Assembly (NCBI GenBank): GCA_943789165.1
Contig: CALSTB010000003.1
Span: forward strand, 191,980 to 255,979
Length of the DNA: 64,000 nt
From: an uncultured Bacteroidia bacterium
GTDB lineage: Bacteria > Bacteroidota > Bacteroidia > NS11-12g > UBA9320
Reading direction: 5' to 3'
Under the pieces are notes generated by a model. That model worked only from the letters and a program-made list of their open reading frames with translations, did no database searches and was not told the origin of the DNA. Below, in pieces: positions 57,409-64,000 of this stretch (its first letter is position 1; each line of letters starts with the position of its first letter). Both the position numbers and the translations under genes were made by a program.

Positions 57409-58185
57409 TTAAACAATATTTATACTTACCTCTCCAAGACCTTCAATCACAGCAGTGATGGCATCACCAGATGCAATATTCACCATAGGCCCTAACGCAC
57501 CTGACAACAATACTTCACCAGCTCGAAGTGGTTGCCCGTTTTTCGCCATAACCTGTGCCAGCCACAAAGCAGCGTTTAACGGATTATCCATGCACGCAGC
57601 ACCAGTTCCTTCTGAGGCAATTTCCCCGTTTTTGGTCATGATCATTTTACACCCAACTAAATCCAATGCATCCAATTTTTTTGGCTGATCCCCCAAAACA
57701 AAATGACTTGCAGAGGCGTTGTCAGCAATGGTATCGGTGATGCGAATATTCCAGTTTTCAACGCGGCTGCCCACTATTTCAATTGACGCCACGGCATAAT
57801 CGATAGATGCTATCAATCGCTCCATGGTTACCTCACCATCAAGATCTTGTTTCATCACAAAAGCAATTTCTGCCTCTGCCTTCGGTTGCATTAAATCTGA
57901 AAATGCCAATTCACCACCATTTTTCACTTCAGTACTTTCGAACAACATACCGTAGTCAGGTTGGTCAACGCCCAATTGCTTCTGCACCGCAAAAGAGGTT
58001 AAACCAATCTTTTTACCGACTACTTTTTCTCCAGCTTCAATCCGTTTATGGTTGTTTACTTCTTGCACTTTGTAGGCCAACTCAATGTCGGTTTCTCCAA
58101 TGATTTCTCGAACTGGCTGACAAACCGTTTTATACTCATTTGCGTTCCACAATACTTCTGCGGCGATGTTTGCTTTTTGCTCCAT
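57409..58185 (-). CDS. 2-oxopent-4-enoate hydratase / 4-oxalocrotonate decarboxylase family protein
   Basis: 258 aa. Layout and motifs (GKKIGLTS…, EAEIAFV…, VLLSGALGPMV) match MhpD/XylJ/XylI family proteins. I cannot tell hydratase from decarboxylase by eye. Confidence 0.75.
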   Translation of the reverse strand: MEQKANIAAEVLWNANEYKTVCQPVREIIGETDIELAYKVQEVNNHKRIEAGEKVVGKKIGLTSFAVQKQLGVDQPDYGMLFESTEVKNGGELAFSDLMQPKAEAEIAFVMKQDLDGEVTMERLIASIDYAVASIEIVGSRVENWNIRITDTIADNASASHFVLGDQPKKLDALDLVGCKMIMTKNGEIASEGTGAACMDNPLNAALWLAQVMAKNGQPLRAGEVLLSGALGPMVNIASGDAITAVIEGLGEVSINIV

Positions 58186-58311
58186 ATCTGACTTAAAACA
58201 GCAATATTAATTCGCGATTTTGAAACACCACGAACAATCTGCTAAAGAAAAAACATACCCTTAACACTTGAACCCTTAAAACACAACAATAAATCATAAA
58301 TTTGCCGCTGC

Positions 58312-59322
58312 ATGTTGAGGCCAGTTTACATATTCATTTTGGTATTCGTCGTTGGTTGTGTCACCACATCTGAAGCACAACTCCTACCAAACTTTGGCGG
58401 TCAACGCGCCGGACTATCTACTTTAAGTTTTTTAAAAAATGACTTAAACCCACGGTCCTCAGGCATGTCTGGAGCAAGTATTGCAAACAAAGTAGATGCC
58501 TACAGCGCGTCATCTAATCCCGCAGCTTTGGCAACGTTAACTGAAAACAGTCTTGGGATTAGCCATTTATTGGTTGGTGCCGGCATCCAGCAATCATTTT
58601 TATCATACCAACACAAGCTGCAAAATGAGGCCTCTCTGGGTTTAACAGTGAACTCATTAAACAGTGGCGACATGATGGTGCGCACCGAGTTTCAACCTGA
58701 TGGCACGGGTCAGTATTTTAACATGAGTCAGAATGCCGTCAAGGCCACGTATGCAACTCGATTATCGAAAATGTTTAGCTTGGGCATAGGCTTGAGTTAC
58801 ATTTATGAAACGATGCAGACGTATAACAACAGTACTGCAGCCATCGACTTAGGCTTTTTATACCAAACAGATTTTAAGAATTTGCGCTTCGCAGTAGTTG
58901 TACAAAATTTTGGTGGAAGTTCAGCCATTTCTGGTTCAAGTATTCAGGTGGATTACAACCGTGATGGAGAATTAGAATTGGGCCGATATTCCTTACCAAC
59001 TGTTTTTAAGATGGGATTCGCCATTGACGCTTATAAAAAAGACAAGCACTTAATTGTGGGTTCATTGCAACTCAACAATCCTAACGACAATGCCGAGAAC
59101 ATTCGCATTGGTGCTGAATATCAATATTCCGAATTAATTCAAATTCAAACGGGGTACAAATTAAGTGTTAAGGGACAATCTTATCCATCATTTGGGTTTG
59201 GTTACAAGTCTAAGTTAGGCGCCAACCCATTGCACATTAATTACGGAATGAACCCAACCAATTATATGGGAACCCAGCATATTTTTGGCATTCAATTATC
59301 CTTTAATAAAATGGAACGTTAA
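58312..59322 (+). CDS. PorV/PorQ-family-like outer-membrane beta-barrel protein
   Basis: Signal peptide. The N-terminal pattern GLSTLSFLKNDLNPRSSGMSGASIA…SNPAALA resembles PorV/PorQ-type T9SS-associated barrels. C-terminal aromatic-rich strands. Confidence 0.5.
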   Translation: MLRPVYIFILVFVVGCVTTSEAQLLPNFGGQRAGLSTLSFLKNDLNPRSSGMSGASIANKVDAYSASSNPAALATLTENSLGISHLLVGAGIQQSFLSYQHKLQNEASLGLTVNSLNSGDMMVRTEFQPDGTGQYFNMSQNAVKATYATRLSKMFSLGIGLSYIYETMQTYNNSTAAIDLGFLYQTDFKNLRFAVVVQNFGGSSAISGSSIQVDYNRDGELELGRYSLPTVFKMGFAIDAYKKDKHLIVGSLQLNNPNDNAENIRIGAEYQYSELIQIQTGYKLSVKGQSYPSFGFGYKSKLGANPLHINYGMNPTNYMGTQHIFGIQLSFNKMER

Positions 59323-59323
59323 G

Positions 59324-60500
59324 ATGAAAAAGTACTTCTCATTCTTACTTCTTACTTTTTTCCTGTTTAGTTGTGATGGTTTTTTTTGGCACCAAAACGG
59401 ATTTGGATTTTATCGATACGCCAGAGTTTCAGATTAGAGACATTTCTTACGTACCTATCCAACCAGCGTTAACAAACTTTATTCGCCCAGTGGATATTAC
59501 CACAGGTTTTGATGAATTGATTTATGTGGTGGATGCCGGAACCGAAGAAGTAGTATCACTTGACGAGTCTGGTCGTGAGTTGGGCAGGTTTAGCGTTCAG
59601 GGTGCACGTTCGGTGGTTCAAGATCGACGGTTCGACTTATTGGTGATTGGCACCAAAACGGATACAATCTCTGGACAAACGTTCGATTTGACTTGTATTT
59701 ACCGGATTGACTTACACGGGTCAAACGGACTTTATGGAATACGTCATGCTAGAATTACCAAAGAAATTGTTCATCCTTTCTACTATAAATCTACATTCTC
59801 AAGCACCGACCCAGGCGTGATTTTCAACCGCATAGGCGTATTGGCCAACAACTCATATTACGTGACCAGAAACGGAAAGGGAAGCAACAATTTTGACGGA
59901 CCAGATGATGCCGTTTTGTTGTTTAGTGCGGAAGATAAGTTTGTAACCCCTGTTGCCGTGAGTTCAAATGGTGCCTTGTATAGAGATTACTTCAAATTGC
60001 CGTTTGGCATTGTTACAACTGTACAACCTCCTCAAATATCGGCGAACGGAAACAATGATTTTATATATTCAAGCTTATCGCCGACAGGTGTAATTAAGGT
60101 ACAATACATTGAATATATAGAAACTGAGTTCGGGGCCACTTATGAGCCACGTATTATGTCGACCACAGAAGATGAAGCAGATGGTTTTTTAACCTACCCG
60201 TATCGGTTTGACGACCCTAAAGGAGTTTCGTTAGCAGGCGATGGTACCAATCATATTTTCATTACGGATTCTAAAAAGGACTCGTTATACCTATTTTCAT
60301 TAAACGGATTTGAAGGAGTCAAACCACCTCCAGGTTACAGCACTACCAAATACATCAACGTATCGTTTGGCGGAAGAGGTACTGGTTTATCTCAATTCAA
60401 TGAACCGTCTGGAATCGCTTATAAAAACAAAGTAGTGTACGTTGCTGACGCTGGTAACGGTCGTGTGTTGCGGTTTAAGTTAACGACCGACTTCGATTAA
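59324..60500 (+). pseudogene. NHL-repeat lipoprotein whose signal peptide is out of frame with the mature part (T8 run)
   Basis: The ATG at 59324 encodes MKKYFSFLLLTFFLFSCDG (lipobox). This frame dies about 20 codons later. The long ORF (59373-60500) is in the +1 frame. With T7 instead of T8 at 59380-59387 the protein reads …FSCDGFFGTKTDLDF… continuously. There is an NHL motif (FNEPSGIAYKNKVVYVADAGNGRVLRF) at the C-terminus. Confidence 0.7.
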
Positions 60501-61532
60501 TCGATCAAGCGTTTTTTGCCTATCTATTTTGCCTGATTCTTTTCGATCAAAATAATCAGTCCAGTAAAATTTCTTTGGAACGTCGTATTTGGGAAGTGAT
60601 TGTCTAACCACTTCTTCAGCTTCACTATTTTGATTTCCAGATAATCCGACCAGTACTAGTTTTTCGCCCAGAGCGTCATCTGATTGTTTCCAAAGGAAGA
60701 ATCGTATCAATAAACCATTCTCCTCTAAAATCTTATCGATTGCGAGCCTGATGTCGTGTATATGAAGCTTGACGCCACCACTATTCACTACCTCGTCCTT
60801 TCTAGATAGAAATTCGATCATTCGATCATCAATCCGGCCGACGTCCTTTGTTTTAACCACCCAATCAACCTCAACAAAATCAAAACGCATACAGCCTGAT
60901 TTAGAAAGTTTTACTTTCACGCCATCTAACAAGCGAAAAGTATTCGGTTTCATTGTGCGAACGTTCCTTAAAGCCACATGACTTGCGGTTTCCGTCATAC
61001 CATATGAATGAAACACATTTGTTTTACAAGACTTTAAAAACGATTGAAGTTCGTTCTCTAATACCCGACTTAAGCCAGCGCCTCCAATTAAGATAGTCTT
61101 AAACCGTTTGAGTTTCTCGGTTGACTCTTTGTCGGCAAAAATGGTGGTCAATTGATATGGTACCAGGCTTACAAAAGTGAAGGAATGATTTGACGGAATG
61201 TCTAACAACGGATTCGCGGAAGCCTCCTGAATTTGCAAATCCCATTTAAAAATCATACTGCGGACGAGCAACATTCTTCCTCCAATCTTGGAAAACGGAA
61301 TACACAACAAGATTTTTTCGTCGTCTGTTAACTTGAGTGCTTTTTTACTTTGATGTGCACTCCATTGCACGACATTTTTAGGCAAAACAATGGTTTTTGG
61401 TTCGCCAGTAGATCCAGATGTTTGGATTGATATTGACTTTGTTTCACGCCAACTGGAAACAATCTCTTTTAGGTCATTCGGTAGTTCAATAAGTGACCCC
61501 TTTGGGTTCAGCTTACCGGCAAAAAGTATCAT
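60480..61532 (-). CDS. short AMP-binding (adenylate-forming) enzyme, O-succinylbenzoate-CoA-ligase-like
   Basis: 350 aa. QTSGSTGEPK AMP-binding motif, YGMTET, and a C-terminal SGKIDR. Confidence 0.65.
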   Translation of the reverse strand: MILFAGKLNPKGSLIELPNDLKEIVSSWRETKSISIQTSGSTGEPKTIVLPKNVVQWSAHQSKKALKLTDDEKILLCIPFSKIGGRMLLVRSMIFKWDLQIQEASANPLLDIPSNHSFTFVSLVPYQLTTIFADKESTEKLKRFKTILIGGAGLSRVLENELQSFLKSCKTNVFHSYGMTETASHVALRNVRTMKPNTFRLLDGVKVKLSKSGCMRFDFVEVDWVVKTKDVGRIDDRMIEFLSRKDEVVNSGGVKLHIHDIRLAIDKILEENGLLIRFFLWKQSDDALGEKLVLVGLSGNQNSEAEEVVRQSLPKYDVPKKFYWTDYFDRKESGKIDRQKTLDRLIEVGR

Positions 61533-62791
61533 GCACTTAATAAATTCTTGATTAACGTTTCAATCTCTTCTTCACTGTTGTAAATATGCGTTGAAACGCG
61601 AATGCAATTCAAACCACTTTCACCAACAAAGCGCAATATCCATTTTTCTTTTCTTAGTCTTTCATAAATCAATCGATCATTTCCTTCGATGTTAAAGGAA
61701 AGAATACCGCCACGTGACCGTCGTTCTTCGGGAGTCAAAATAGAGAACTTGTTATTGCCATGTAAGCCTTCGAAAAGCATTTGATTCAACTCTGAAATTC
61801 GTCCTGCGACCCTCGGTATCTGAATGGATTGTAAAAAGTCGGCAGCGGCACTTATGCCTGCGTATAAGGCGGTGTTTTGTGTTCCGTAAAAAAATCGGTG
61901 GCTATCTGCTCGAAGTCCGGTGATTTCAGACTTCTCTTCACTAATTAACCAGCCAGTATCTGAATATCCGCCAACAAACAAGGCGTCTAATTCTTCAATT
62001 AAGTCTTTGTTGGCATACAACACGCCTGTCCCTTTTGGACCCAACATCCATTTGTGACAGCACGACGCATACATGTCACATCCTAGATCCTTCACGTCTA
62101 AGTCTAACATACCAACGCCATGTGCCCCGTCAATTAAAGTTTTGATACCCTTAGTTTTAGCAAACGCACATATTTCTTTGATGGGAAGGATTTGTCCTGT
62201 GGTGCAAGTCACATGAGGTACAGCAATTACTTTGGTTTTAGGCGTCACTAATTTCTTAATATCAGCTAAACATGATTCCGCCGTACTGGTCAATTTGAGC
62301 ATTTTTATTTCAATGCCATCTCGCCTTTTACGATTAAGCCACGGTAAGGCATTCCCAACGTGTTCATGATCTGTGAGAATAACTTCGTCGCCCGCTTTAA
62401 GAGGTAAGGCCCATGCGGCAATATTGATTCCTTCTGAAACATTATGCGTAATCGCGATTTCTGACGCCTCTGATCCCATCATTGTCGCCAACTTTTCCAA
62501 CGCAATATGTTCCATTCCGCTATAACTACCCGTCGAATTAACAATCTCCATACGTCGTATTACAGCCTCCGAAACAACGTTCGGAGAAAGACCCATTGTG
62601 CCTGTATTCAGGTATCGGATGTCTTTTTTGATGGAAAATTCGTTTTGAATTTTTTTCCAAGAACACTTTGAACGGTCTAAGTTTTTCTCTTGAACGTTCT
62701 CAAAGCCAGTAATATCAGCGGTTACACGATTCGCGAATAATCCCACCAAACCAGCGGCTCCAAATCTTATAAAATCTCTTCTATCTTGCAC
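61529..62791 (-). CDS. class V aminotransferase-fold PLP enzyme with a twin-arginine signal
   Basis: N-terminus MQDRRDFIRFGAAGLVGLFA (RRxF Tat motif plus hydrophobic region). The Lys in ASCCHKWMLGPKG looks like the PLP attachment site. Confidence 0.8.
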   Translation of the reverse strand: MQDRRDFIRFGAAGLVGLFANRVTADITGFENVQEKNLDRSKCSWKKIQNEFSIKKDIRYLNTGTMGLSPNVVSEAVIRRMEIVNSTGSYSGMEHIALEKLATMMGSEASEIAITHNVSEGINIAAWALPLKAGDEVILTDHEHVGNALPWLNRKRRDGIEIKMLKLTSTAESCLADIKKLVTPKTKVIAVPHVTCTTGQILPIKEICAFAKTKGIKTLIDGAHGVGMLDLDVKDLGCDMYASCCHKWMLGPKGTGVLYANKDLIEELDALFVGGYSDTGWLISEEKSEITGLRADSHRFFYGTQNTALYAGISAAADFLQSIQIPRVAGRISELNQMLFEGLHGNNKFSILTPEERRSRGGILSFNIEGNDRLIYERLRKEKWILRFVGESGLNCIRVSTHIYNSEEEIETLIKNLLSA

Positions 62792-62913
62792 AAATCAAAC
62801 TTAAGCAAAATTGGGCTGAAGTGTAAATCCAAAACTGATACTCCGTTTACCTTTTGAGTAGTGATTATCATTAAATTCGCGGTTCTCATAAATAATGAGC
62901 TTAAACGATTCAC

Positions 62914-64000
62914 ATGGTTAAAAAAATATTTTTCTTACTGAGCTTTTGTGCAGCCACAATGAGCTTTGCACAAAAAGGTGGTCCGGCTGTTTTTAGTGTT
63001 GATGGCGATACCATCTGGGGTGCCGAGTTCGAACGCGTATTTAGCAAAAATGACAAAACACCAGATGTTCGTCCTACCATGGACGAACTTGAAGACTATT
63101 TGAACTTATACGTTCGCTTCAAATTAAAAGTAAAAGAGGCGTATACACTTGGTATGGACACCAATGAAGTCTTTATCAAGGAATTAGCTGGTTACCGAAA
63201 ACAACTGGCGCAGCCATACTTAACCGATAAAACAGTAACGGATAAACTCATACAAGAAGCGTATGACAGAATGAAGATTGAAGTTGAAGCAAGCAACCTT
63301 ATGATTCACCTTTCACCAGCTGCGTCACCTGAAGATACGCTTGAAGCTTGGAATAGAATGAACAGGTGGAAAGAATTGATTAATTCTGGGGCGAAGACTT
63401 TTGAAGAAATCACTCGTGATAGTAGCTCGGACGAACATGGTCGAAAAAATGAAGGCCGATTAGGTTATTTCTCTGTCTTTAACATGATTTACCCTTTTGA
63501 AACTGTGGCCTACAACACGCCTGTCGGACAAGTAAGTGCACCATTTCGTACGCAATTTGGTTACCACATGCTTAAAGTGACTAATAAACGTGCGACTCGA
63601 GAAGATATAAAAGTAGCACACATCCTTATCAGAATAAACAATGAATCAGAATATGAGACCAACAAGCCGCGTATTGATGCTTTATATGAGCGTTTGAAAA
63701 AGGGCGAAGACTTTGGGAAATTGGTTCATGATTTTAGTGAAGACTTCGACACGCGAGAATCGGGAGGACAATTGAACTGGATAAAAAGTCTAGATTCACA
63801 TGTACCAGTTGATTTTAGAGAAGCGGCATACAGTTTAAAAGAAGGCGCTTTTTCAAAACCAGTTAAATCACCTTTAGGTTGGCACATTATTAAACGAATT
63901 GAGCAAAAGCCATTTCCAGAACTTAACATGGTTAAAGAAACCATAAAGATGAAGATTGGACGTGATTCAAGAAGTGAATTAAACAAGTCTGCTGTTTTAA
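62914..64000 (+). CDS. SurA/PpiC-type (parvulin) peptidyl-prolyl isomerase, 3' end outside the window
   Basis: Not in the supplied ORF track because there is no stop in the window. The ATG at 62914 gives MVKKIFFLLSFCAATMSFAQ. Two parvulin-like segments (…GRLGYFSVFNMIYPFE…FGYHMLKV… and …GGQLNWIK…PLGWHIIKRIE). Confidence 0.85.
   Translation, partial: MVKKIFFLLSFCAATMSFAQKGGPAVFSVDGDTIWGAEFERVFSKNDKTPDVRPTMDELEDYLNLYVRFKLKVKEAYTLGMDTNEVFIKELAGYRKQLAQPYLTDKTVTDKLIQEAYDRMKIEVEASNLMIHLSPAASPEDTLEAWNRMNRWKELINSGAKTFEEITRDSSSDEHGRKNEGRLGYFSVFNMIYPFETVAYNTPVGQVSAPFRTQFGYHMLKVTNKRATREDIKVAHILIRINNESEYETNKPRIDALYERLKKGEDFGKLVHDFSEDFDTRESGGQLNWIKSLDSHVPVDFREAAYSLKEGAFSKPVKSPLGWHIIKRIEQKPFPELNMVKETIKMKIGRDSRSELNKSAVL

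Overview
The window reads as a low-GC chromosomal segment from a Bacteroidota genome, probably Flavobacteriia-like. The evidence is a T9SS C-terminal sorting domain cargo protein, a PorV/PorQ-like barrel, a GH3-family gene, many lipoproteins and no Shine-Dalgarno-type spacing. Most of it is ordinary housekeeping: proS (partial), uvrB, xth, trxA, acs, tadA, ybaB, rimK, fabH, gatA, tatA, rfbA/rfbB, nrnA-like, ndk, one tRNA(CAU) and a SurA/PpiC-like gene running off the 3' edge. There are also two ECF sigma/anti-sigma modules, a 3-hydroxyanthranilate dioxygenase/ACMSD pair, two lower meta-cleavage genes, a putative periplasmic copper-handling cluster (SCO1, YHYH) and a Y-family polymerase/DnaE2 mutagenesis cassette. 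The most unusual part is the 3 kb just downstream of the tRNA (about 44.5-47.7 kb). It holds three or four gene remnants, including a 5'-truncated DDE transposase. It also holds a perfect 600-bp-period tandem duplication and a 143-bp insertion flanked by an 8-bp direct repeat. A conserved hairpin-containing leader of about 60 nt occurs four times there, each copy running into the same ATG-AGT-AGG start of three unrelated small membrane or lipoprotein ORFs. Other points worth a second look are two reading frames broken in homopolymer runs (dnaE2 at A7, a lipoprotein at T8), GATTNNN heptamer arrays bracketing the polymerase cassette, and a structured 425-bp spacer inside the meta-cleavage gene pair. 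I saw no CRISPR array, no rRNA and no intact mobile element. All functional calls come from motif recognition by eye, not from database searches.
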